From Eutreptiella sp. 'Long Island Sound 2002' (lineage: Eukaryota; Protista; Euglenida): a stretch of DNA of 64,000 nt. Position 1 is the stretch's first letter, and the number at the start of each line of letters is the position of its first letter. The stretch lies in the NCBI GenBank assembly GCA_964036045.1, contig OZ038378.1:185690001-185754000 (forward strand). Reading direction: 5' to 3'. The notes below the pieces were generated by a model that made no database searches, was not told where the DNA came from, and saw only the letters and a program-made list of their open reading frames with translations. Position numbers and translations under genes: made by a program. Shown here piece by piece: positions 10,563 through 21,687 of the stretch.

Positions 10563-13500
10563 GGATTGTGCACAGAGGATGATACATGCCCTTTCCCGGG
10601 CTTTTGCAGACACCCTTTCTGGTCAATGCTTTTGGTGCATTGGTCATGGGTAGATGAAGACATGACACTTGCGCAGGGATCTGATGTGCACAGATGTACA
10701 CATACGCACACGCGCACACACACACACACACATACACACGCATAGAGAAGGAGGACAACATAAGCTCTTTACCCTACACAGATACACTTGCACGAGCGCT
10801 CAGTTACAGCCACGCAAGCAGCCCTGCACGCGCACGCCAGCACCTACACGCACAGTAACAGAGGTTGCATGGCCCGCGCACACCCCAAACCCGCTGCGGC
10901 CGAAGTTGCGCCAGCAGCCTTTGCCGTCTGTTCCACCCAACCCACCGGCGCCTATGACCCAGGGCATGCCACGCGATGAGAAGCCAGAAGCGCAGCCCTG
11001 CGTGCTTTTTGCAGAAAGACATGGGAGAGCCAGTGCTGAACAGACCGAAATTCAGCAAGCCCCGTGAGGTTCTGAATCCGCAAAAAGGGTCGGCCCATCC
11101 TGCCCGCCCCCATTCTCACATGTGTTTGGGGGGGGGGGGGGCGAGTTAGTCAGGTTTCGCATGTCCTGCCAGGCATTCTCTTGGTGCACAGCTCCTCAAA
11201 AAGTTACAATCTGACAGTGCCACAGCCCTATCTGATGCCAAATTACTTTTGCTACTTGCGCTTATGTATGTCTTTGCAAATCCAGATTGTGCACAGAGGA
11301 TTATACATGCCCTTTCCCGGGCTTTTGCAGACACCCTTTCTGGTCAATGCTTTTGGTGCATTGGTCATGGGTAGATGAAGACATGACACTTGCGCAGGGA
11401 TTCTGATGTGCACAGCCTTGTGATTGAGTGTAAAGTATCCTTTGATCAATTCTGAAGCTAGTCACAAGCTAGTCACAAATCATCCATGTGGTTTGTGATG
11501 TACAGCATGCAGTGTATCCCCTGACACAAGTCACACAGCTGGTGATTGATGGGTGCTACCTTTCATGTTGAATTGCTTCAGCTTTGAATGGGAAGTGGAA
11601 TGTGCAAGTGAGTTTGTAGTAGAATTGTATTTGATTGCTTTGGTATGCAACAAAGTACGGCAGATGAGGTCTGTCAGGTGTGGCAGCTCAAACACACATG
11701 TGCGTGCGTGCGCACACCCACACACCCACACCCACACACACATACACCAGTTGCAGGAAGGCGCCATTCCATAGCCCTCCCCCCTCCAAAAAAAAAACGG
11801 CTAGCGGAGGGGGGGCGGGTGGGGTGGGCAGTTCGTCCCTGGTAGCATAATGTGTTGATGTACGGCCACCCAAAAATATGTTGCAGTTTAATAGTGACCC
11901 ACCTCTTCTGATGGCATTATTCCACTACTTCTTGTACTGACGTATGGCACTGGTAACGCGGGATTGTGCACAGAGGATTATACATGCCCTTTCCCGGGCT
12001 TTTGCAGACACCCTTTCTGGTCAATGCTTTGGTGCATTGGTCATGGGTAGATGAAGACATGACACGTGCGCAGGGATTCTGATGTGCACAGCCTTTTGCA
12101 GCATGCAGTGCAGTGTACCCCCCCTCACACAACCCACGCGGGTGGTGCTTGATGGGCTATGATTATTTTGGTCAGTGCTACTTTCATGCTGAACATCTGA
12201 TGCCAAATTGGTTGTACGATTTATGTGTCTTCGAAGTTCCGGATTGTGCACAGAGGATTATACATGCCCTTTCCCGGGCTTTTGCAGACACCCTTTCTGG
12301 TCAATGCTTTGGTGCATTGGTCATGGGTAGATGAAGACATGACACTTGCGCAGGGATTCTGATGTGCACAGCCTTTTGCAGCATGCAGTGCAGTGTACCC
12401 CCCCTCACACAAGCCACGCGGGTGGTGCTTGATGGGCTATGATTATTTTGGTCAGTGCTACTTTCATGCTGAACATCTGATGCCAAATGTACGATTTATG
12501 TGTCTTCGAAGTTCCGGATTGTGCACAGAGGATTATACATGCCCTTTCCCGGGCTTTTGCAGACACCCTTTCTGGTCAATGCTTTGGTGCATTGGTCATG
12601 GGTAGATGAAGACATGACACTTGCGCAGGGATTCTGATGTGCACAGCCTTTTGCAGCATGCAGTGCAGTGTACCCCCCCTCACACAAGCCACGCGGGTGG
12701 TGCTTGATGGGCTATGATTATTTTGGTCAGTGCTACTTTCATGCTGAACATCTGATGCCAAATTGGTTGTACGATTTATGTGTCTTCGAAGTTCCGGATT
12801 GTGCACAGAGGATTATACATGCCCTTTCCCGGGCTTTTGCAGACACCCTTTCTGGTCAATGCTTTGGTGCATTGGTCATGGGTAGATGAAGACATGACAT
12901 TTGCGCAGGGATTCTGATGTGCACAGCCTTTTGCAGCATGCAGTGCAGTGTACCCCCCCTCACACAACCCACGCGGGTGGTGCTTGATGGGCTATGATTA
13001 TTTTGGTCAGTGCTACTTTCATGCTGAACATCTGATGCCAAATGTACGATTTATGTGTCTTCGAAGTTCCGGATTGTGCACAGAGGATTATACATGCCCT
13101 TTCCCGGGCTTTTGCAGACACCCTTTCTGGTCAATGCTTTGGTGCATTGGTCATGGGTAGATGAAGACATGACACTTGCGCAGGGATTCTGATGTGCACA
13201 GCCTTGTGGTTGAGTGTAGACTATCCTTTGATCAATTCTGAAGCTAGTCACAAATCATCGCTTGTGTTTGCTGACACACGCACGCACACAAACACACAAA
13301 CACACAAACACACAAACACACACACACACACACACACGCTGAGCGCCCACCCCTGGACCCATGCAGGCTTTCCTCTATAATACGGCATCCCCCCCCCCCC
13401 CCCCCACACGCACACAATAGTTTCGTGAAGGCGCCATTCTATGGCCAAAGAATAATGGGGGCAAGTTGGTTAGTTTTTGCCCGATGTGTCAAGCATTTTT

Positions 13501-13750
13501 TTGACGTACAGCTCCTAAAAAATCAAAATATCACAATCTAATATTCACAATGGGAATATCACAATCTGATATTCCCACCTTGCTGCAGCTTTGAACTGGA
13601 GGTGGAAGTTGGGATTTTATTTGGAATTGTAATTGAATTGGATTGCTTTGATATTCAAGAAGATTTTCAAGAAGAACTGGCAGCTGAGACTTGACAGACA
13701 TGGTAGCTCAAACGGCACATGCCAGCCCACATGCACACGTGCAAACACAC
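10563..13750. repeat. Layered satellite in intron 6: seven copies of a 131-bp module plus older diverged linker copies
   Basis: The module GGATTGTGCACAG...CTGATGTGCACAG starts at 10563, 11284, 11961, 12241, 12516, 12796 and 13071. Linker homology also lies between 11416-11780 and 13202-13750. Confidence 0.92.
11961..13201. repeat. Near-perfect tandem array of alternating 280/275-bp units (4 full units plus one module)
   Basis: Unit starts are spaced 280, 275, 280 and 275 bp; a 5-bp indel (AAATTGGTTGTACG vs AAATGTACG) alternates. Confidence 0.97.
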
Positions 13751-14064
13751 ATTGAATGGCTGATACTGCTGTGAATGAGAATTGGGACCGGAATTTTATG
13801 GCATTGAGTTTCAACTGCATTTCAATGAGGTCATCCATCCTGATCCTAGAGTCTGCAGCAGCAGAGCAGCTGTAACATATTATGTGAATGGTGCCGCACA
13901 CACAATTGTCTGAAGCTGTGCATCCCCCGCGAGCACTCAGGCGGGAATAGAAGAAGCAAGAAGTGCAGTCCCCATATTTTTCAGCATGTGAAATGCATGG
14001 TCTCTGTATGAGAAGGATTTACGAATGCGCAAACTTCCTGGAATCAAAGCCGCATAACAAATAT

Positions 14065-14160
14065 GTTCTTTTTCTGGGTATAGCTGGTTTATGGCTTATG
14101 ATACACATGGACTCCACAGAAGACCAAGTGCGAGCACTCAAGGCGGTTGTCCTGGCGTGT
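14065..14160. repeat. Dispersed repeat, second copy at 20350-20447
   Basis: GTTCTTTTTCTGGGTATAGCTGGTTTATGGCT...GACCAAGTG(C/T)GAGCACTCAAGG is shared between the two sites. Confidence 0.85.
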
Positions 14161-14290
14161 TAGAATGTCCTCATCAGGCCGCTCTTTGCACAGAGAAGGC
14201 ACTCTCTGTACACGTGCCCTTCCTATTATCTCTCGCTTGTGTGGCAATTGCAGTTCCCCGTGGCGTGCCCCCGTTCCACACTCCATGCAG

Positions 14291-14356
14291 TTGGAAGATT
14301 TTCGGATTGAAAAGGGCAACGACAATGAAGTCCTCTTCGTGGGACCGCGTGTGCAG
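14291..14356 (+). CDS. Exon 7, cyclase (LEDFRIEKGNDNEVLFVGPRVQ)
   Basis: ccatgcag acceptor and CAG|GTCTG donor. Matches the LFRGxRVR motif. Confidence 0.88.
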
Positions 14357-14401
14357 GTCTGTGCTGTGTGTTTCGTGACAGAGTGTATGTGAGGACGTGG
14401 A

Positions 14402-14580
14402 GTGAGGTGAGGTGAGGTGAGGTAAGGTGGGGTGCAGGTGAGGTGAGGTGAGGTGCGGTGGGTGCGGTGCGGTGCGGTGCGGTGAGGTGAGGTGAGGTGA
14501 GGTGAGGTGAGGTGAGGTGAGGTGAGGTGAGGTGAGGTGAGGTGAGGTGAGGTGAGGTGAGGTGAGGTGAGGTGAGGTGA
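14402..14580. repeat. (GTGAG)n microsatellite
   Basis: Direct reading; a few GTGCG/GTAAG variants. Confidence 0.97.
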
Positions 14581-14879
14581 ATCCCTCACTTGGGGCGGTA
14601 CCAGAACGCAAGCATTATGTGAGTCCCAGTCCACTCAGCCCACTTCCCACCTTCCATATGTCGTGCTCTCCATTGGTGCGTGGTGTAAGGCCGGGCCAAT
14701 GCAAACAGGACATCATGATCATGGGGTGGGGGTGCGGTCCGCATTTTTCCGCATTTTTTTCGCATTTTCCGGGCAGGTCCATTAGTGTAAGGGGGAACGT
14801 TAGCGCGCCGGGCGCGCGCCGGGCATCTTTTTTGACCTGTGCCCTACCGGTGGACTGTTGCCGTTGATATGTTGGGCAA

Positions 14880-15262
14880 CATTATATGGATTTGCCCCTT
14901 GGCCCCCGGGACATCAGCAGATTTGGGATGGGTATGGACCTTCTCGTACCCGAGGTGATTTCTTTGATTTCGAAGTTGGGGGCCATGATGGTGCTTATAA
15001 GGGCCGGATTCATGTCATTGTGCCATTAATTGGAAGAAAGAATGGCACTTTGACAGCCCGCCAACAATGTTACAATGACGTGCACGGGTGGTATAGGGCA
15101 CGCATTGAGCAGCTGTTTGCTCGGTTGTGGCACGCAAGATGAGGCAGAGGATGAGGCAGAAGTGTGCGTGTTGTGTTGCCATAACGCTCCACCGTTGTAG
15201 TTTGGGATGAGTGTAAGGAGCACTATTGTACTGAATGTATTGACACCCACACTTGTGGGACC
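14880..15262 (+). pseudogene. DDE_Tnp_4-like transposase C-terminal remnant plus acidic linker and Cys-rich finger
   Basis: DGAYKGRIHVIVPLIGRKNGTLTARQQCYNDVHGWYRARIEQLFARLW matches D(S)AY...TP...LT..Q..YN..H...R..IE..F..L. It is followed by DEAEDEAEVCVLC and DECKEHYCTECIDTHTC. Confidence 0.82.
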
Positions 15263-15271
15263 AATGTTATG

Positions 15272-15424
15272 ATGCAGCTCTACTGTTCGTGATACCTCAA
15301 TGACGCCTATCGCTTCTACTGGAGATCGATGCGGTTGTGCTATCCTAACCCCCCATTCTCCCAACTTGCTAAGGTGTTGACCAAGATCGCCCTTAAAGGA
15401 GCGAGAGTGGTACTGTGTACCCCA
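15272..15424 (+). pseudogene. DIRS-type N6-adenine methyltransferase (NPPF) fragment
   Basis: LYCS*YLNDAYRFYWRSMRLCYPNPPFSQLAKVLTKIALKGARVVLCTP matches the DAF...W...YxxPPF..I..VL.KI......ILI.P pattern of the DIRS MT domain. Confidence 0.72.
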
Positions 15425-17154
15425 GTTTGCAACTTTCTTGAGCTGGGGCAGTTTGGGTCACCTAATTCTAAGGGTGTTTCCAAGGGGTGTGCTTGGGGGC
15501 TCTTCGGGGGGAACATAGTCTAAAAGTAGCGCGCTGGGCGCGCGCCGGGCAAACATTCCCCCTAATGTTCAAGAGGGAACATTCTAGTGGCATTGCCTTG
15601 TAGTCAGTTAGTTGTGAGGAACAATGGGTTTTGTGGGCCCCAGAGGCGCCGGAGAATTTTTTTTTTAGGCAGACGGCGGGGGAAATTTTTTTGTTTGACC
15701 CGATGTGTCTATGCTCAAAATACTCAGAATTTTGTGGAGAATTCAAAAATGGATGAAGAACACAAAAAAGGATATTGACCCCGACCCGACCTCCGGGTCG
15801 GACCTTCGCTGATGGGTCCCTGAGTTGATGGCCAAATTTTTTTTGAAAAAAATTTTCCCCCGGTTGTGTATATTCAAAATGAACAGCGTGTCATGGGGAT
15901 CATTTTGAGGTATGTATGTTGCCCCCCCCCCCCCCCCCCTCCCGGGGAGCCCCACGGTTTGGGTCAATGGGGGAGCACTTGATGCGGCGCGGAGATTTAG
16001 CGGTCTGGCTTGACCAAGCAGCTGCAGCTTCTGCCCCTAGCGGTTTTGAGCCTAGTCCGTGATATTCTTGAGTTGAACTACTGCACTAAGTTGTTCCATC
16101 AAACCGTCCCTGCTTTGAGCGCCCGATTGTGCAAGACGAGACGAACCATAGGGGTTTCGAGGGGCAAACACCATTCTAACAAAACCGCATTTTCTATCGC
16201 ATTTGAGCAGGCCCTAACGCAGACCTTCTGGTCCCCTTGCACACGCCCGGCAGGCGCACTGCTTGCGCTCTGCCCCTAGCCAATGGTGCCCCTTGGCCCT
16301 CTCTCCATGGCTCAGCCTTATGTTCCCTGACTTCTGGCTGGCCTCTGCTTGGTGTGGCGCTTTTGTTGCGCTCTTTTGCGCTCCTGCGCCAGCCAAGCCT
16401 AGCTTTTTCATGCCACCCCTGGCACTGCCCCCACAGTCTTCCACACCGCTGGCAGTCCAGTCTATGGTGGTGCATGAATCCCAAATTGCCACTGCCCCAC
16501 CTTGCTCTTGCTGACCATGATGCAGGGGGGGGGGGAATGCGGTCGCCGGGATTGGCAAAACATGCGGAAAAATGCGGGAAAATGCGGAATTGCACCAATG
16601 CAGGCCCCAACCCCTGGCAAAGTCAGAAGCGCTATCGACTTTGCTAGCCCCCCCCCATACTCTCTTCACACATAAATCCCTTGAGTCAGCACCTAGAGTG
16701 CACGGTGTGCTCGCGACGGGGCGACCGAAGGTAAATCGCTGGGGACTGTGTGCTGGGCTCAGCATCCCCATCCCTTTGGTGCATGATCAGGACATCCCTT
16801 GGATGGTGCCGGGGGCTTAGTCTGATCAGGATCCAAGGGGGGATCTGTCAGAGTTTGGGTGAGCCGCTGAGACATGTAAAAGATGGTGGTGGGGCCTTTG
16901 CTCAGCGGGGGAACTAAGCTCATGGCAGGCACGTCCTCAGGGTGCCACGGGGAGATGGACCAGGAAAGGTAAAACCAGAAAGCGATCCTGCATAGGCAGC
17001 TGAAATAAACAGCTGCACCGCTCCGCCATTCACTGCATCTGTCTCCGGATCCGGTGGTTGGTGGAAGCAATGGGCAGGACTCACACATTCTTCGCGGGTA
17101 TACATGAAACACACCCTAGGGTGGGGGGGCTGTCGCCCTATAAACGGCAACCAC

Positions 17155-17327
17155 CAGATCCAGATCCAGATCCAGATCCAGGTGAGGTGAGGTGAGGTGA
17201 GGTGAGGTGAGGTGAGGTGAGGTGAGGTGAGGTGAGGTGAGGTGAGGTGAGGTGAGGTGAGGTGAGGTGAGGTGAGGTGAGGTGAGGTGAGGTGAGGTGA
17301 GGTGAGGTGAGGTGAGGTGAGGTGAGG
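17155..17327. repeat. Compound microsatellite (GATCCA)n-(GGTGA)n, with a (TC)n tract nearby at 17383-17414
   Basis: Direct reading. Confidence 0.97.
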
Positions 17328-17378
17328 TGTGTTATTGTTCTGCTGGGCAGTAGCACACGAAACACAACAACCTGAGGC

Positions 17379-17438
<60 letters not shown>

Positions 17439-17856
17439 GATTGTGGTGCAACACGGCCAACCCGACAGGTTATGCACAGAATATGGCAGGCCATTTCCAC
17501 AGCTTGCGAGTCGATCAGGTCTCACATCGCCTCATCACACCACCTTGACTTACCTCACTGCAATTTGAATGCATTGCCACTGACTTATCACGGCCGCGCT
17601 TTTCAAAAAATGTGTTCCAAGGTACCAACAGCCATCCGGGAGCAGCACCCGGGCCCAACGCCAGCCAACCCTCCTTCACGTATGAAGTCAGAGTGAGATG
17701 CACCATTAAAAAAACCTACGAATTTCTGGTTTGTCCAAAGAATTCCGGACCCTGAACAGTGTAAAGTGAAACTGGCCAGACGCAAACTTTGAGCAACAAC
17801 ATTTGTGCACTGCAAAGGAAAGGAAGTACGCTTCAGACTGTCTGCTCGTGTTTCAG

Positions 17857-17940
17857 ATGGCGTGCTGCTCCGGGAGACCCGATTTCCACTATGATCCGCA
17901 ACACAGAAAGCCCAGGTACACTGGGCCCTTGGTTACACAG
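17857..17940 (+). CDS. Exon 8, cyclase (MACCSGRPDFHYDPQHRKPRYTGPLVTQ)
   Basis: tttcag acceptor and CAG|GTACT donor. Matches MGIHxGxPxxxxDPxxxRxDYxGPxVN. Confidence 0.88.
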
Positions 17941-18068
17941 GTACTGGTTTTTGCTGTGCTCGGCAGGCATCAACGATCAACGACCGCATATACATGGGCC
18001 AAAACGCAGACAGCAGCGGGCCCGCAGATTCCAGGGAGCGCCATGCCATGCCATGCCTCCCTTCGCAG

Positions 18069-18180
18069 GTACATGCCCTGTTGACGTGTTGTAGACGTGG
18101 GGAGACGTTGTTGGCCGAGAACACGTACGAGCAGTTGTCCAAAGAGTACCAGGGCGCCTCCACAATACTCCACGCAAAGG
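18069..18180 (+). CDS. Exon 9, cyclase C-terminal part (VHALLTCCRRGETLLAENTYEQLSKEYQGASTILHAK)
   Basis: cttcgcag acceptor. Matches AARxxxxAxGGQxLxSExTYxxL...LKG. The donor at 18181 is less certain. Confidence 0.82.
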
Positions 18181-18549
18181 GTTTGCGCCCCAGCCCCCTG
18201 GCCCCGGCCTCACAGCCTCGCATGCTCCTTCTGACGCATGCTCTCACACCCTTCCGGCAACTTCTTACGCAGCCTCCCACATGGGCTCTCCCACAGACCC
18301 TCCCACGCCCTCCCGCAGACCCACAGCCTCCCACACCCCCTTCCAGACTCTCTTCATCCATGCCTAGTCATCCCCCCCCCCCTCCCCCACCCTCCAGTAA
18401 TACACACACCCTCCCACACCATTCTGCACACCCTTGCACCTACTTCCTTTTTCACACTTTCCGGCACACACACAACGTGTCATTCTACGCCTCCCCCTCA
18501 CACGTGATTGCTTTGCACCACATAAATCCCCACTGCTCACAATCCACAG

Positions 18550-18612
18550 CCTCACAACCCGACGGCGGAGATGCTCGAGTGCCACCGATGTCCGTTGTGT
18601 ACCTTACAAGAG
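18550..18612 (+). CDS. Putative exon 10 (SQPDGGDARVPPMSVVYLTR)
   Basis: ccacag acceptor and GAG|GTGTG donor; phase 1/1 bridges exons 9 and 11. Confidence 0.5.
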
Positions 18613-19478
18613 GTGTGCCACGTGTGCGTCACAGTACTTGGTCTTGTGTCTGAAATTGGTCCAGTGGCCACCAATCATTGGCCACCTATTTCTGGTACCG
18701 GGCCTATCCAGCAAACCCACACACAGCATTACAACCCCCAGGCGCTGTGAGAGGCCCCTGCAAGGCCAGGGTGCTCCTTTATCACCCTGATGGGGTTTTC
18801 CTTTCCGTTCGGTGTCTCTCTTTTCAAGGAGCGCCCTTCGGGGGCGCCCAGAACAGCCACCCACCCGCGGTTGGTAACTCTCCAACCGCCTTACGATACC
18901 CTCCAACCACCGTCAGCCACCACCCAACCGCCGCCAGATACCACTGAAAATGATGGAGTGTCTGGTCACTCAACTCCCCGGCCTTTTGAATTTTTTTGAA
19001 CAAGGTGAGTGGTTCCACCTGCACCCTCACTTAGCTCACGTTAATTAGGTCTCACCCCGCCTTTGTTTGAATTAGGGGGGGGGTAAAGGCCCCAGCTCAT
19101 GCATCTGGGATCTCCCAAGGGAACAGACCACACAAGTACTGCAGCTATGCCTCGGTGCGTGTACAAAATTTGTACCGAAACGCTGCGTTGGCCAACCATT
19201 TTGGGTGGGCGAGCCACCGCTGGTGGGCAAACTGCGATGGGTGGTTTGCCTGCCTCAACAGTCGGTGGGCTGCGGGATTGTACCCAGAAGAACAGGGTGG
19301 AACAGAATCAGGGGAAGCCACTACTCTCGACAGTACATCCACGCCCCCGCAAGAGGTTGTGCAAACACACACGGGAGACGGTTTGAGAGCCTCCGTGCTC
19401 CCAGTCTCATGAGAGGGTGCCCCCGCACACTGTCAGACACAGTCATGCACACAGTCGCACACATCGTCACACACATCG

Positions 19479-19764
<286 letters not shown>

Positions 19765-20942
19765 GTGCAGTCAGCAAGTAGGCGACGGAAGTGCAAGTGG
19801 CAAGGGCCGCTCGAACTGCCTGACCCTGAGCTGGACTGATGTATCTGACGGCACAACAGCCGCAGCCTGTGCGACGACCTGTTGCATCGCCGCGCCGGGA
19901 GCAGTCCCTGTCCCCCTTCCCGCACTCCCGGGCCCTGACCACACGGTCCCGGCCGGTTCTGATGTGTGGTCGCACAACGCAGTCCCCGGTCTGCTCCTTG
20001 TCCCGGCGTACCCATGCAGTCGTAGTGTGTTTCCACCCTTGTCAGCCCTAGCATGGGTCACACAGTACAGTACAGTGTGGCCCGTGGTCCAAGGCTGATT
20101 GGTCACGAAATTTGGTTCCCCTACACGATTGGAAACACATGGGGGACTGCATGGCAGATGCATGGGCACGCGCAGGAATGGGCATGGGGACAAGCGCAGG
20201 GGTGACCACGGGCACAGGCCCAGTTCGACCCATTTCCCTGCCGGCGGCTTGTCTCTCCCCCGACCCAACCTCTTCCCAACCCTCATCGCCGTGTTGTTGT
20301 TGTGTCGCGTGCTGTGTTGTTGGTATATAGACAGTGTTCAACCATGGCAGTTCTTTTTCTGGGTATAGCTGGTTTATGGCTCGTGATACACACGGACGCC
20401 CGCGCATGACCAAGTGTGAGCACTCAAGGTGGTTGTCCCGGCGTGTTGCATTGTGTCGGACACTCAACTTGCTCCTGTTCCACGTCGCGTTTCTTTTCCT
20501 GCTGCAGAGCGGGCGTGCAATTCTCTGCGACGTCCCCAGTGGCTGGCAGCCTTGCCAGCAGATTGCCCCACAGTTATTGCGCCTGTAGGCCTCTTCTAAT
20601 TCCCTGGAAGGTTTCCAAGTGACCCAATGGACAATGGGCTCGCTCCACCGTGCTGTTGTTGGTGCTTCAGCACCCATCGTTGTTGTAAATGGCCTGATTT
20701 GTACAAAGTGCACAGTGCACCCCCAACGATAGCTCAACCGACCCTCCCGCACACACCCTGCCCACCCCAGCAGCACTGCCCACACTACCTTCTGCCGAGC
20801 AAAAAGGTTGGTAAATCCTAGGAAACACGCAAAAATGAGCTGGTGAATGTCATAGTGCAGTGTCGATTTTTGCCCTCCATTGGCAGACTGGCTGCCCGCG
20901 GTTCACCGGCGGCCATGCAGCTCCCCCCATGTCTTTTGGCAG

Positions 20943-21067
20943 CGGACTACATGGTTGTTAATGGCAACGCTTCCAAAATGCGGACGGTCATTGGCCAAGA
21001 CCAGACGTTCCGGCGGCCTCTGTACGGCCAGGCCAGATCAATGCTGCGGCCTTTGGTATCCGTGGAG
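20943..21067 (+). CDS. Putative exon 11 (DYMVVNGNASKMRTVIGQDQTFRRPLYGQARSMLRPLVSVE)
   Basis: cttttggcag acceptor, GAG|GTGTG donor, open frame and compatible phases. Confidence 0.62.
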
Positions 21068-21392
21068 GTGTGCGAAGCCCCCCCCCCCCCCCACCTCCGC
21101 TTCAGCCCTGGCTCTGTTCCTATCAATGTGTCCACGAATGCCCCAGATATGGCTGCGAGATGATGATGGTGCTGGTGATGAGCGGCATACCCCGTTTCCA
21201 CTAAGATAGAGGTCGGTCGAGAGGTTGGATCACATGACTGCTGCACCCCTGTTTCCAACGTTCGAAGGTTCAACTCGACAAACGCCCCCCCCTCCCCCCT
21301 CCCAACGTGCCCTCTCCACTGTCATCCACAAAAATGCACTCGCCCCCATTCAATCAAACTCACAAGGACAAATGAGAAATTCAGGCATCAAC

Positions 21393-21441
21393 AGGCAGCA
21401 GCGACAGCAACAACAACAATGACAACAGCAACAACCGCAAT

Positions 21442-21488
<47 letters not shown>

Positions 21489-21687
21489 CTAACAACAGCA
21501 GCAACGGCAGCTGCGGCAACAACAGTGACAACAGCATCAATTTACCACGACAACAACAGCAACAGCAAGCAGCAGCAACTACAGTAGTAACCAAACGACA
21601 ACCAAAGACAACAACAACAACACCAACAACAACAACAACAACAACAACAGCTACTACCGCTACCACTACTGCTGCTGCTGCTGCTAC
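21393..21687. repeat. Compound CAG/CAA/CTA/CTG trinucleotide tract
   Basis: Direct reading. Confidence 0.93.

Larger units (their letters stand above)
14791..15562 (+). mobile_element. Non-autonomous PIF/Harbinger element with TAA target-site duplication
   Basis: Imperfect TIR GGGGGAACGTTAGCGCG / CCGGGCAAACATTCCCCC, TAA at 14788-90 and 15563-65, and an internal transposase remnant. Confidence 0.82.

Noticed and set aside
11961-13201. CRISPR array
   Set aside because: The repeat is 131 bp, the spacers are copies of each other, the context is a eukaryotic intron, and no cas genes are present.
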